Positions 9,936-20,377 of a stretch of DNA of 64,000 nt are shown in pieces. The stretch's first letter is position 1. Each line of letters starts with the position of its first letter. Under the pieces are notes generated by a model, which was not told where the DNA came from, did not search any database, and saw only the letters and a program-made list of their open reading frames with translations. Origin of the DNA: Nitrospinaceae bacterium (GTDB lineage Bacteria; Nitrospinota; Nitrospinia; Nitrospinales; Nitrospinaceae); contig OZ245011.1 of the NCBI GenBank assembly GCA_965223665.1, positions 4,180,044 through 4,244,043 of the forward strand. Direction: 5' to 3'. The position numbers and the translations under genes are program-made.

Positions 9936-10892
9936 TTATGAATTGGAGCACCACTGTTCCAAGGAAAAAATGGGTTTTTCTTGTTCGCAGATATCTTCTA
10001 ATGCACATTTTAATTCTTTAAATTTATACTTAAAACCAGCCTTTGATATTTTTTCATTTGAGACCCGTTGACTATTTAAAAGAATCTCTGACATTTCGCC
10101 AAAAATTATTTTTAAGGCGAAAGCTGGAACGGGAAGTTCAGCAGGTTGATTAATAACCTGGCTCAGGGTCTTTGTGAATTCCAAATTGGTCACAGGAGAA
10201 GGACTAACGGCATTGTAGACTCCATTTAAATTGGTATTTTCAATACCATACGCAAACATTTCAGCCAGATCCTCAACATGAATCCAACTCATCCATTGAT
10301 TTCCTTTTCCCAACCTTCCACCAAGAGCAAATCGAAAAGGTAGAAGTATTTGTTTCATTGCACCACCACCGTGACCTAACACTACCCCAATTCTAAGAGA
10401 AACAGTCCTAATTTCTTTTTGTGCAATTTGAAGTATTTCTTTTTCCCAAGACTGACAAACTTGGCTGAGAAAACCCTCACTTGGAGGTGATGTTTCATCG
10501 ATTAAATTTTCCCCGTTGTCACCGTAAAAGCCAATGGCGGATGCAGATACAATTACATTAGGTTTAGTTTTTAATGCTTTAACATGTTTAATCAAATTAT
10601 TGGTTGCTAACACCCTTGATCGTTCAATTTTATTCTTTTTTGATTTGGTCCATCTACCACCTGCAATGTTTTCTCCTGCTAAATGAACAATAGCATCCAT
10701 ATTATGAAATGCTTGTTCGGGAATTAGATTTTTTTCGGGCTCCCATTTAAAAATATGGCAAGGAATATTAATTTTTTTGTTGGCACCAACTGGATCGCGA
10801 GTCAAAATTGAAATTTCGTGACCCCTTTTTTTTAGAGCTTGAATTACATGTTTTCCTATAAATCCGGTTGCTCCAGTGATTAAAGTTTTCAT
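9936..10892 (-). CDS. TIGR01777-family NAD-dependent epimerase (YfcH-like)
   Basis: ITGATGFIG, HLAGENIAGGRW, SASAIGFYG, LRIGVVLG and G.QWMSWIH..D motifs. Confidence 0.93.
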   Translation of the reverse strand: MKTLITGATGFIGKHVIQALKKRGHEISILTRDPVGANKKINIPCHIFKWEPEKNLIPEQAFHNMDAIVHLAGENIAGGRWTKSKKNKIERSRVLATNNLIKHVKALKTKPNVIVSASAIGFYGDNGENLIDETSPPSEGFLSQVCQSWEKEILQIAQKEIRTVSLRIGVVLGHGGGAMKQILLPFRFALGGRLGKGNQWMSWIHVEDLAEMFAYGIENTNLNGVYNAVSPSPVTNLEFTKTLSQVINQPAELPVPAFALKIIFGEMSEILLNSQRVSNEKISKAGFKYKFKELKCALEDICEQEKPIFSLEQWCSNS

Positions 10893-11631
10893 TGTTATTC
10901 TCCCTTAGGGGGAAATCAGAATAAATTCCAGGTTAATAAGTTATTCATAAATTCGTTTGTCTAATTTAAATATTATACATTTATCTAAATATGTCAATTA
11001 AATTTAGATAAAATTTTTATTTTTGTATAAATATGTGGTTTGATCTTAAGGGAAATCAAACGTAAAAGTTTGATTTATTTGGAATCAAACAGCTTTCTCT
11101 TTCAGACGAATATTTTTGATTTTCAGGTATTAAGAAAGTTAAAGATTATTTTTATCCGACTTAAAAGCAAGATTTTCAATTAAAAAGAAAAGTGGGAAAA
11201 AAGTTGGGCTAGTTAATTTTTTTATTTTTACTCAAATAAGTATTTAATTTGATTTAGATTGCAATTTTACCAAGATAAATGGATTAATTTTAAACCTCAG
11301 CCTCTTTAGAAAAAATAAAGATCAAAAAATGTACTGTTGGTTAAGGTAGTCTGTGTTTGTTTTTCCACTCAATAAAAAAAGCTTAATTTTAATTCGGGGA
11401 ACTGGAGGAGATAATTTCTTGAACAAAAATTGCGCAATTCCAAAGATAATTTAATCTAACTTCAGACTTTTATTAAAAGACTAAATAACAAACGGTTTGA
11501 AATATATTTAGCAGCCAATTGAAAAGACTGCTAATTATTTTAATTAAAGTATTAGAATTATTAAGGATTGCATTGAACCTCCAGAGCCAAGAATTTAAAA
11601 TGGAATATATATAATAAATTGAGGTGAAAGC

Positions 11632-12318
11632 ATGTCGATTCAATTTTTGCATATGGATACACAAGCAATTGAGACCACTGAATCATTTTTTTTCTCTAAA
11701 TGGTTGAATGCGAGAATGAAATCCGGACATGAATCGAACTTTGATTATGACCCAATACTAAATGAAAACCGTAATGAAGAATGGAAAGAATTTAATTGGA
11801 AAAAAATTAAAGAAAATGAAATGAATTATGATGAGGACGTAAATCAATACTTGATATTGACTTTGGCGGAATTAGTAAATCCAAAATGTTTGGAATTTTG
11901 GAATCAATATTTAGTTAGCTTGAATCGTGATGTGAATGAAATTGCATTTAAAATTGAAGAAAATGCAAAACAATACTTTGTGTATAAAATCAATGCTGAC
12001 TTTTTGCTTTTGAGTTTAGGATTGTTTCCACTTGATGCTCATATTTCAGCAGATGCATATTTTGAAAAAGGGGAGGATTATTATTTTTCCGCTGCAAATC
12101 GATTAAAGCAACATACAAAAGGACGAACTGCTTTATCAGATGTTTTGGAAAAACTCTCAAGAAAATTTGGACAATATGTAAGCATTATGCGTTGTATGAA
12201 GAACCAAGATGAGAATTATCTGAGTTTTTATAAGAAAATCCCACCGTTTGAAATATCGGAATTGGAAAAGACTTTAACTGATGAATTTAAAAAATATAAG
12301 GATAGTCAAAGCGATTAG
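11632..12318 (+). CDS. Conserved hypothetical helical protein
   Basis: 228 aa ORF with GAGGTG RBS; YKINADFLLLSLGLF...YYFSAA...LEKLS.KF..YV resembles a widespread uncharacterised family. Confidence 0.7.
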   Translation: MSIQFLHMDTQAIETTESFFFSKWLNARMKSGHESNFDYDPILNENRNEEWKEFNWKKIKENEMNYDEDVNQYLILTLAELVNPKCLEFWNQYLVSLNRDVNEIAFKIEENAKQYFVYKINADFLLLSLGLFPLDAHISADAYFEKGEDYYFSAANRLKQHTKGRTALSDVLEKLSRKFGQYVSIMRCMKNQDENYLSFYKKIPPFEISELEKTLTDEFKKYKDSQSD

Positions 12319-12456
12319 AAAGACAAAAAATAACCCACTAAAAGACTATCTTTTTCCTGCCTTACTTTATTTCTGTTTTTTTAATTAAATTGCTAAATCT
12401 TTGAGAATTTCTTTACACTAAATAGTAAATATGTTTTCTAATTTTTAGTTTATTTA

Positions 12457-13578
12457 ATGATTACACTAAAAGACATACAAAACTCTAAGATCCTATTACT
12501 GAGTGAAGAACCTTCAGGCTGGAATGATTTTGACAAGAGCTTACAAGTGCAAGGGTTTCAACCTCTAGAAATTTTTAAGGACATTAAAGCACTTAGAGAT
12601 TCTGTAAATATCTGTGAAGCAGATTTAATAATATTTGATTTGGATAGGGTTCAGTTAGATAAGAAAAGTATTTTGGAATGGATTGCAAATCAAGTAAAGA
12701 ATAGCAATTGCCCCATAATTGCTACAGTAAGTAAACCCTGGGAAGAGAAGTTGAATGAATATTTTGAAGCTGGAGTAAAGTGGTTTTTAGAAAAACCTTT
12801 AAACTTTGTTTATATCTTTCCAAAGATTAAAGTACTATTAGAAAACAAAATTCTCCATGCGAATCTAGCCAATATCCTTGAAAATAATTCTAATTCGAAC
12901 GAAATCTCTGAAATTATAAATGTGATTTCTCATGACTTGCGTGAACCATTAAGGAAAGTCAAAAAATTGAGCGATCTTATGGTTTCAAAGTTTCAATCGG
13001 ATCTGCCCGATTTAGGAAAAGAATATTTGGATAGGATTCAGAAAACAGTCGAAAGAATGGATCAGCTTATTTTCTCCATTACCAATTTTAGGAATTTGAC
13101 ACACAAAAAATCTTTTTACGAGGAGTTGAATTTAAATTGTCTGGTTGAGGAAGTTTTGCAAGACTTAGAAGTTTTGGTTGATGAAACAGGTGCGATTATT
13201 AGTGTTGAGAAATTACCCACAATTTATGGAATGCCTTCCCAAATGAGACAGCTTTTCCAAAATTTAATAAAAAATGGAATTATTTACCATAAAGAGGGAG
13301 AAACTCCTGAAATAAAAATTGATTCTCATATAAATCAAAAAGATAGAGTTGGATTCCGAGTAAAGGATAATGGTGTGGGGATTGACAAACCAAATCTCAA
13401 AAGCATTTTCTTACCTTTTGAGAGACTCAAGGATAAAGAAAACATTAAAGGGGAAGGTCTTGGTTTAGCAATTTGTCGACAAATCGTCGATATACATGAT
13501 GGTGAAATATATGCCAATAGTGAAAAAGGAAAAGGCACAACCTTTATTATTTCCCTTCCACAAACCTTTAAAAAGTAA
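12457..13578 (+). CDS. Hybrid receiver-histidine kinase (degenerate N-terminal REC domain)
   Basis: ISHDLREPLR H-box, QLFQNLIKNG N-box, VKDNGVGI and GEGLGLAIC G-boxes; N-terminal REC-like IIFDLD...FLEKP. Confidence 0.9.
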   Translation: MITLKDIQNSKILLLSEEPSGWNDFDKSLQVQGFQPLEIFKDIKALRDSVNICEADLIIFDLDRVQLDKKSILEWIANQVKNSNCPIIATVSKPWEEKLNEYFEAGVKWFLEKPLNFVYIFPKIKVLLENKILHANLANILENNSNSNEISEIINVISHDLREPLRKVKKLSDLMVSKFQSDLPDLGKEYLDRIQKTVERMDQLIFSITNFRNLTHKKSFYEELNLNCLVEEVLQDLEVLVDETGAIISVEKLPTIYGMPSQMRQLFQNLIKNGIIYHKEGETPEIKIDSHINQKDRVGFRVKDNGVGIDKPNLKSIFLPFERLKDKENIKGEGLGLAICRQIVDIHDGEIYANSEKGKGTTFIISLPQTFKK

Positions 13579-13730
13579 AATTTACCAAAAAAATAATAGT
13601 ATAAGTGCCGAATTCAAAGTTTTATAAAAAAATAATTGGCAAAATAGAACTAATTAAATTACCTTTATAATCAGAATTGAAATATTCATTGAAAATCAAA
13701 TGAGCTGACTTTTGCCATATGAGGTGAAAG

Positions 13731-14912
13731 GTGATTAAAGACCAGGATATTTTATCCTCCAGAATACTCATTATTGATGATGAGCCTGCCAATGTTCTAT
13801 TGCTTGAAAAATTGCTTCATCAGGAAGGATATCGTTTTATACAGTCTATTACAGACCCATCTTTAGCCTCCCAAATTTACCAAGACTTTGAACCGGATTT
13901 AATTCTGCTGGATTTGAATATGCCGAAAGTAAATGGATTTCAAGTAATGGAAATACTCCAGGAATTAGAAAAGGATTCTTACCTACCTGTTTTAATTTTA
14001 ACAGCCCAAAACGATAAATTTACGAGATTAAAGGCGCTAAAAAAAGGGGCAAAAGATTTTGTGAATAAACCTTTTGATTTAGCTGAGGTATGTTTTCGAA
14101 TTAAAAACATTCTGGAGGTTCGACTTCTTCATAATCAAATTAAAAATCAGAATAAAATTCTTGAGCAAAAAATTCAAGAACGAACAAAAGAACTTAAGGA
14201 GTCTCATGAGCATTTAATGCATGCAGAAAAACTTTCAGCTATTGGTAAGCTAGCTGCGTCGATATCGCATGAATTTAATAATCCGATTCTAGGAATCCGA
14301 AATATATTGGAGCAAATATCCAAAACCCATTTGGAAAAAAACTTAAAGGAATTGGTTCGTTTAGCGATTCATGAAAGTAATCGGGTTATGGATTTGGCCA
14401 CAAAACTAAAAAACTTTTACAGGCCTTCTTCAGGAAAGCTGACCTTGGTCAGCTTTCATAATATTTTGGATGATATGTTAATTCTGAAAAAGAAAAGTTT
14501 TCTTGAGAAAAAAATCTTTTTGGTTAAAAAATATGCGGATGATTTGCCTAAAGTTCCTGCGGTTGAAGATCAGATTAAACAGGTGATTTTAAATTTACTG
14601 CAAAATGCCGAAGAATCTATTCAAAATGGGAATGGAGAAATTGAATTGACTACCTTTTTTGACGGTACTTTTGTTGAAATTAAAATACAGGACAATGGAT
14701 GTGGAATTCCATTGGAAAACGTGGAAAAAATATTTGAGCCATTTTATACTACCAAAGACGCTGTCAAGGGGACGGGCCTGGGTTTATCAGTGACTTATGG
14801 AATTGTAAAGCGTCATGGTGGAAAAATTATTTGTTCGAGTAATCCCGGAAAAGGGACACTATTTACTCTAAAATTTCCAGTGAAAAGAAGGATATGGGGC
14901 AAACTCCTGTGA
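13731..14912 (+). CDS. Hybrid REC-histidine kinase (NtrB-like kinase core)
   Basis: ILIIDDE, LLDLNMP, FVNKPF receiver; EKLSAIGKLAASISHEFNNP, QVILNLLQNA, FEPFYTTK, GTGLGLS. Confidence 0.93.
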   Translation: MIKDQDILSSRILIIDDEPANVLLLEKLLHQEGYRFIQSITDPSLASQIYQDFEPDLILLDLNMPKVNGFQVMEILQELEKDSYLPVLILTAQNDKFTRLKALKKGAKDFVNKPFDLAEVCFRIKNILEVRLLHNQIKNQNKILEQKIQERTKELKESHEHLMHAEKLSAIGKLAASISHEFNNPILGIRNILEQISKTHLEKNLKELVRLAIHESNRVMDLATKLKNFYRPSSGKLTLVSFHNILDDMLILKKKSFLEKKIFLVKKYADDLPKVPAVEDQIKQVILNLLQNAEESIQNGNGEIELTTFFDGTFVEIKIQDNGCGIPLENVEKIFEPFYTTKDAVKGTGLGLSVTYGIVKRHGGKIICSSNPGKGTLFTLKFPVKRRIWGKLL

Positions 14913-14957
14913 GGTGAGAATTTCTCGTTAAAGCATTCATTTGGGGAATAGGGGAAT

Positions 14958-16331
14958 ATGGAAGAAGTAAAAAAAATTCTTATTGTTGATGATGAAGAAA
15001 TTGTCCGCCTTGCATATAAAAATGAATTAATGCAAAGAGGATATGAGGTTGAGACTTTGGATTCTGGAGAAAGTGCTCTGGAAATTCTTGATGCAGATTG
15101 GCCTGGTATTTTAGTCAGCGATATTATCATGCCGGGTATGGACGGGTTATCTCTATTAAAGAAAGTAAAAAAAATCGATAAAGAAATTCCAGTGATTTTG
15201 ATTACAGGTCACGGAGATATTCCTATGGCTGTTCAAGCCATACATGATGGTGCTTATGAGTTTTTGGAAAAACCGTTTGATACAGATCGTTTTGCAGATA
15301 TGGTTAAGCGGGCAATGGAAAAACGAAAATTAGTTTTAGAGGTCAAAAACCTTCGTTCAGTTATTGATTCTCAGAAAGAACCGGAAAGGAAAATAATTGG
15401 TAAGTCTCAGAAAATGGTTGAGTTGACAAATACTCTTGAGAATATATCAAATTGTGATGTGGATATAATTATTTATGGTGAAACCGGAACCGGTAAAGAT
15501 TTAGTGGCAAGATATCTTCATGATTGCAGTCCGCGAAAAAACAAGAATTTTGTAGCAATTAATTGCGGGGGATTGCCGGAAACCATTATCGAAAGCGAAT
15601 TATTTGGGCATGAACCCGGGGCTTTTACCGGGGCCAATAAGCGTCGAATAGGAAAATTTGAATTTGCTCAGGGAGGAACAGTTTTCTTAGATGAAATTGA
15701 AAGTATGCCTTTGCATCTTCAAGTAAAGCTCCTTCATGTGTTGCAAGATAGAGTGGTTCAACGATTAGGCTCAAATGATTTGCATCCTATCGATGTGAGG
15801 GTTGTTGCTGCCACAAAGGTTGACCTTAAGAAAGCATATGAGGAGAATAAATTTAGAAAGGATTTATACTACCGATTGAATGTAGTTCAATTATTTATTC
15901 CTCCTTTACGAGAACGTGCAGATGATATACCTCTACTTTTTCAGCATTTTATATTGGACTCCTGTTCTCGTTATAATTTACCTGTTCCAACCATTTCAAG
16001 CGAATATGTTCAAGAGTTGTTATCCCGAAGATGGGAAGGAAACGTTAGAGAGTTAAGAAATGAAGCAGAAAAATTTCTTTTGGGAATTACATTAGACTTG
16101 CCAGAATCGGTAAATCAAAATGATCCCAGTAATAGTCAAATTCCTAATTCTTCTACCAATGGAATGACTTTAAAGCAACTAGTTGCTGCATTTGAAAAAA
16201 ACTTAATTGAACAGGAAATGGCTCGCCAAAAGGGAGATTTGAAAAAGGTTCAATTCGCTCTGTCCATTCCTAAGCAAACCTTGTATGATAAAATTAAAGT
16301 TTTTGGATTGAATCGAAAAGATTATCAATAA
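14958..16331 (+). CDS. Sigma-54-dependent response regulator (DctD/NtrC family)
   Basis: REC domain, GETGTGK Walker A, ESELFGHEPGAFTGA, FLDEIE, DLYYRLNV, W.GNVREL, C-terminal HTH. Confidence 0.95.
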   Translation: MEEVKKILIVDDEEIVRLAYKNELMQRGYEVETLDSGESALEILDADWPGILVSDIIMPGMDGLSLLKKVKKIDKEIPVILITGHGDIPMAVQAIHDGAYEFLEKPFDTDRFADMVKRAMEKRKLVLEVKNLRSVIDSQKEPERKIIGKSQKMVELTNTLENISNCDVDIIIYGETGTGKDLVARYLHDCSPRKNKNFVAINCGGLPETIIESELFGHEPGAFTGANKRRIGKFEFAQGGTVFLDEIESMPLHLQVKLLHVLQDRVVQRLGSNDLHPIDVRVVAATKVDLKKAYEENKFRKDLYYRLNVVQLFIPPLRERADDIPLLFQHFILDSCSRYNLPVPTISSEYVQELLSRRWEGNVRELRNEAEKFLLGITLDLPESVNQNDPSNSQIPNSSTNGMTLKQLVAAFEKNLIEQEMARQKGDLKKVQFALSIPKQTLYDKIKVFGLNRKDYQ

Positions 16332-16458
16332 TGACGCAAATCGGTAATTTTGCGCCTCTTAGTTAAGGTTATTGGTTTCTTAAGGTAGATAAAAGGTGAG
16401 ATCCAGAAAATTTAACGTTTAGTCATGTCAGTTAAATTCCCTGATGGCAGAAACATCT

Positions 16459-16824
16459 TTACAGAGTCGCAATATCTTTAGTGGAAATTACCCCCACTAT
16501 TTTTTTTCCTTCCGTCACTCCCAATCGTTTTATTTTATGTTTTAGCATTATTTCGTTTGCCTCGCGAGGGGTTAAGCAAAAGTCGACAGTAAGAATTGGA
16601 GAACTAAAGACTGACTCTATTTTGGTGTTTTTCATATCTAATTCCTTAACAATTACCCGACTCATTAAATCAGAGGTCGTAAAAATACCAATATAATCCT
16701 CTTTATCTTTGACTAAAATTGATTCGACATCATTTTCAGCCATGACTTTCACTGTGTCCAAAATAGACGCATTTCGATCGACGCTGATAACCGGTGAGCT
16801 CATACAATCACGAAGAATTAACAT
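16459..16824 (-). CDS. CBS-domain pair protein
   Basis: MSSPVISV...IGIFT..D and HKIKRLGV...IVGVIS.KDI CBS motifs. Confidence 0.9.
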   Translation of the reverse strand: MLILRDCMSSPVISVDRNASILDTVKVMAENDVESILVKDKEDYIGIFTTSDLMSRVIVKELDMKNTKIESVFSSPILTVDFCLTPREANEIMLKHKIKRLGVTEGKKIVGVISTKDIATL

Positions 16825-16841
16825 TCAGTACTCCCTTTATC

Positions 16842-18044
16842 CTATTTTTTATTAGAAGGTTCGTTTGTCCGTAACCGTTCCAACAATTTATTAAAACTTT
16901 CATTCAAGTTGCCCAGTTCGTCGTTAGACTCTACCGGTAAGCGTTTTTGTCTATAATTTCCAGAAGCAAGCTCAGCAGCCATTTGGCTTACCTGTCTGAT
17001 AGGTTTGCTGATTGCTCGCGTAATACTTGAACCTAAAACTCCACTAACCAAGACTCCCACAAATAATAATAAAACCAAAAGAACGACTAAGTAATGCGTT
17101 TGGGAGGATACTTTTTCTACATCAGCCTCTAAGAGTGTTTCTTGGCTATCGGCCATTTCATTTAAAATTTGCTTGATTTTAAATGCGACTGGAACGGCTT
17201 CCTCTCCTAATAAATGGTTTGCTATATTCCATTTATCCCCAGATCTTATTTCCAGAATTTTCTTCAGTAAAATATTTAGTTTTTCCTGAGCTAAATCTAT
17301 TCGCTTAAAAGCAACACTTTGAGAATTAGTAAATTGATTTTGCTTGGATTTTAATTCTAAAAAACGTTTAGAGAATTTCTCCCACTCTCTTAAATAGTGT
17401 AATTTAAAAAAGTCTTTTCCAGAAAGCATAAATTCTTCAACTTTTTCCATACTAAAGCTAATAGATGTTTCGAGATCGGCTAAAATTCCTAATAATTTCT
17501 TTTTTGAAGTTGAGGATGGGGCTTCTATTTCTTCCTTAATCATTTTGCTTAAGTTATTCACAATGATTTTTTCTAAGGGTGCAGCTTCTTCCAGTAATAT
17601 TTTTCTAGCTGGGGTGTTCTCAATGGTTTGGGCAATGTTTTCTATTTTTTCCTGGGTTTTCTTGAAACTTTCAATTTCTGCAAGAATGAGATTTAAGCGA
17701 TTTACATTTTGAGGATCTGTCCAATTAGGTGAAAGTTTTTTCATGTTGTTTAATGAAGGTTCAATTTGGTCTTTCCAGGCTGAAGCTCGTTCTTCTTTAA
17801 ATTTATCTTCTCCCAAAATTACCCAACCTCTAAGGGAAGCTAATGAATGATTCATCCCATTTAGCATCATAAGGCTTGCGTGGGCGGTAGGTGTTCGGAG
17901 TTTAGCGACCCTTTTAGTAATGGATTCCATACTTTTAATTTTTTGAATTGTAACCAAAACCACAATCATTAAAATAATGGTAATTATGCTATAGCCCACT
18001 CCTATTTTGGTTCCAACAGTCCAATTTCGTATTTTTGACATCAA
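16842..18044 (-). CDS. Membrane sensor protein: TM, helical periplasmic domain, TM, HAMP; no output domain
   Basis: Chemoreceptor-like N-terminus (WTVGTKIGVGY), second TM, HAMP (ISKPI...ASGNY...SNDELGNLNESFNKL), then stop. Confidence 0.8.
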   Translation of the reverse strand: MMSKIRNWTVGTKIGVGYSIITIILMIVVLVTIQKIKSMESITKRVAKLRTPTAHASLMMLNGMNHSLASLRGWVILGEDKFKEERASAWKDQIEPSLNNMKKLSPNWTDPQNVNRLNLILAEIESFKKTQEKIENIAQTIENTPARKILLEEAAPLEKIIVNNLSKMIKEEIEAPSSTSKKKLLGILADLETSISFSMEKVEEFMLSGKDFFKLHYLREWEKFSKRFLELKSKQNQFTNSQSVAFKRIDLAQEKLNILLKKILEIRSGDKWNIANHLLGEEAVPVAFKIKQILNEMADSQETLLEADVEKVSSQTHYLVVLLVLLLFVGVLVSGVLGSSITRAISKPIRQVSQMAAELASGNYRQKRLPVESNDELGNLNESFNKLLERLRTNEPSNKK

Positions 18045-18220
18045 TTTCTCCTAAATTACCTTTTAAAACTCACTTTTCTTTATATATTTATTAAATCCCT
18101 ACCTAATCCGAATCTCAATCTCGCAAAACAACTATTTAATCTGGTTGATTAGGTTTGGGATTCTTATATTTAGTTTACCAATAATTTGGGTTCGTCTAAG
18201 AGTCTTAAAAAAATAAAAAG

Positions 18221-18258
18221 AGCCAAGAACTCCCCAAAACTATAGGAGCCGGCCCTTA
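18221..18258 (-). terminator. Possible intrinsic terminator after the SulP gene
   Basis: Minus strand reads gggccggctcc-loop-gggagttcttggctc followed by a T-rich run; the stem is imperfect. Confidence 0.35.
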
Positions 18259-18293
18259 ACTCATTAAAAATTAATAACTTTCGAGATGGTTTC

Positions 18294-20030
18294 CTAAAGC
18301 CTGTATTGTGGAGAAAGTTTTAATTTTCGCCGTATAATATCAAGATCATCAAAAAATTGATGCATGTTTTCGGTTTCCCGATGTGTCAATTCTTCTTCCA
18401 ACCACTTGATACAGTCATTAAATGTTTTAAACAAATATTGTTCAGGAATCAACCCCGGAATTAAATTGATTCTTTTTAACATTCTTAAGGGTTGATCCCG
18501 TAAACCCGTCATTACTACGGCAATTCCTCTTTTTTCCAGATCCGTTATCACTTCTTCAAAAGCGTATAAACCTGTCTGATCTATATGTGGAACTTTTTTC
18601 ATACGGAAAATGACAACCTTAACATCCGGCAGGTTTTTTGCCATTTCTTTAAATGCAGGTGCAAAACCAAAAAATACAGGCCCATCCAAATGTTTTACAT
18701 ATATTCGGTTAATTATGCTGTCTGGAATTTTTTCGTCATCCCAAGGTAATTCATTGTAGCTGCTCAATGGAGCAATTCTTAAATCACGACCTACCTGATC
18801 GCTCATTTGTTTCATAAATAAAATCGATGCGAGTATCATTCCCGCTGCTACGGCTTGAATTAAATCGACGAAAACTGTTAAACCTAAAACTAATATCATC
18901 ACAATGGCATCAGCGCGAGGGATATGAACTATATGACGTATCCCTTTATAATCAATGATACCGATACCAACGGTAATTAATATTCCCGCTAAAACCGCTA
19001 AAGGAATTTTTGCTGCGTAAACCCCGGCTCCCATCATAATAATTAGAAGAACAATACCGTGTACGACTCCAGAAAGGCGAGTTCTCCCTCCCGAGTTTAC
19101 ATTAACTAATGTCCTCATGGTTGCGCCTGCTCCGGGAAGGCCACCAATTAAAGCGGCCGCTATATTCCCAATTCCCTGTCCAAAAAGTTCACGATTACTA
19201 TCGTGTTTAGTCTTGGTCACATTGTCAGCAATCACTGAAGTGAGTAGAGAATCTATAGCACCCAATAGGGCTAAGGTAAGTGCCATTTCTATAATAAGTG
19301 TCATTGGCATACCGATGAGAGTCAGCGAAGAAATTTTAACGTCCGGAAGTCCTTGAGGGATATCTCCAATAAGGGGAATTTCAAATCCGACCCATGCATT
19401 AATTCCCGAAACGGCTAAAAGTGCTACCAGTGGGCTGGGAATAGTTTTGGTGATTTTTGGAAATATATAAATGATGGCGATGGTAACGCCGGTAACTAAT
19501 AAAGCCTCCCAATTGATCATTGATATTCCCTGTGGCAGTTTTTGAAAAACTTCAATGATTTTTTTGGGAGAGCTTTGTCCCATAGAAGGGAATATTTGCA
19601 AAATTATAATGATTACCCCAATTCCAGTCATAAACCCTGAAACAACCGGGTAGGGAATGTATTTAATATAGGAACCGACTTTTAATATTCCCAGAATGAC
19701 TAGAATGACACCGGCAAGTAGAAAAATGGTAATGATTAACCCGAAAGCCTTTTCCAAACTTCCCGTTGCTTCAATTGCGGTCAATACCACCAGGCTTGAG
19801 ATTACGGTCATAGGGCCGGTGGGACCACTAATTTGGGTGCGAGTGCCCCCAAGAGCGCTGGCAAATATCCCAAGAGCAATAGCTCCGTACAAACCGGCAA
19901 CTGCCCCCATTCCAGATTGAACACCGAAAGCTAATGCTAGTGGAAGAGCAACAATTCCTGCAGTAAGTCCTCCAAAAATATCTCCCCTAAAGTTTTTAGG
20001 ATCATATTTTAGGCTTTTTATTAGATTCAT
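18294..20030 (-). CDS. SulP/SLC26 anion transporter with STAS domain (BicA-like)
   Basis: RGDIFGGLTAGIVALPLALAFG, QISGPTGPM, YIPYPVVSGFMTGIG, DSLLTS, GAGATMRT; STAS with DGPVFFG and IDQTG. Confidence 0.93.
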   Translation of the reverse strand: MNLIKSLKYDPKNFRGDIFGGLTAGIVALPLALAFGVQSGMGAVAGLYGAIALGIFASALGGTRTQISGPTGPMTVISSLVVLTAIEATGSLEKAFGLIITIFLLAGVILVILGILKVGSYIKYIPYPVVSGFMTGIGVIIIILQIFPSMGQSSPKKIIEVFQKLPQGISMINWEALLVTGVTIAIIYIFPKITKTIPSPLVALLAVSGINAWVGFEIPLIGDIPQGLPDVKISSLTLIGMPMTLIIEMALTLALLGAIDSLLTSVIADNVTKTKHDSNRELFGQGIGNIAAALIGGLPGAGATMRTLVNVNSGGRTRLSGVVHGIVLLIIMMGAGVYAAKIPLAVLAGILITVGIGIIDYKGIRHIVHIPRADAIVMILVLGLTVFVDLIQAVAAGMILASILFMKQMSDQVGRDLRIAPLSSYNELPWDDEKIPDSIINRIYVKHLDGPVFFGFAPAFKEMAKNLPDVKVVIFRMKKVPHIDQTGLYAFEEVITDLEKRGIAVVMTGLRDQPLRMLKRINLIPGLIPEQYLFKTFNDCIKWLEEELTHRETENMHQFFDDLDIIRRKLKLSPQYRL

Positions 20031-20265
20031 TTTTTCTCCGGCTCAATGAGCATTGAACTGTTAAATTATCGCAAAATATATTGGAATACGGTTAAAAAAA
20101 TGTAGTTTATTTTTAATTGGTCAATGAAATATAAAATTTTGATTAAAATGGTTATGTGTAGATAGGATAGGGGGCTAAAAGGAAAAAAGAAAATAATTTA
20201 TACATTGCTTTTACAAATCAAATAATTTGATAAAAGAGAATAATGCTAAGTCCTCGAATATAAAC

Positions 20266-20309
20266 AAAAAAGAAACCCCGAGAGAGGCCCAAGCCAACCA
20301 CGGGGTTTC
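20266..20309 (-). terminator. Intrinsic terminator downstream of the porin gene
   Basis: Perfect 9-bp inverted repeat gaaaccccg (20272-20280)/cggggtttc (20301-20309) with a 20-nt loop, followed by a T-run on the minus strand. Confidence 0.6.
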
Positions 20310-20377
20310 AGGAGGTAAGCAACTAGGTAAAGTTGCAAAACATAAATAACGAATTTTAAATCTATTGAATCACTATA

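Noticed and set aside
10972-10997. Perfect TTGACA and TATAAT hexamers on the minus strand
   Set aside because: The spacer is only 14 bp, too short for one sigma-70 promoter, so it is not called as a feature
11039-11089. TTGAT...ATCAA pairs as FNR boxes
   Set aside because: Spacers are 10 and 9 bp rather than the 4 bp of FNR/CRP sites
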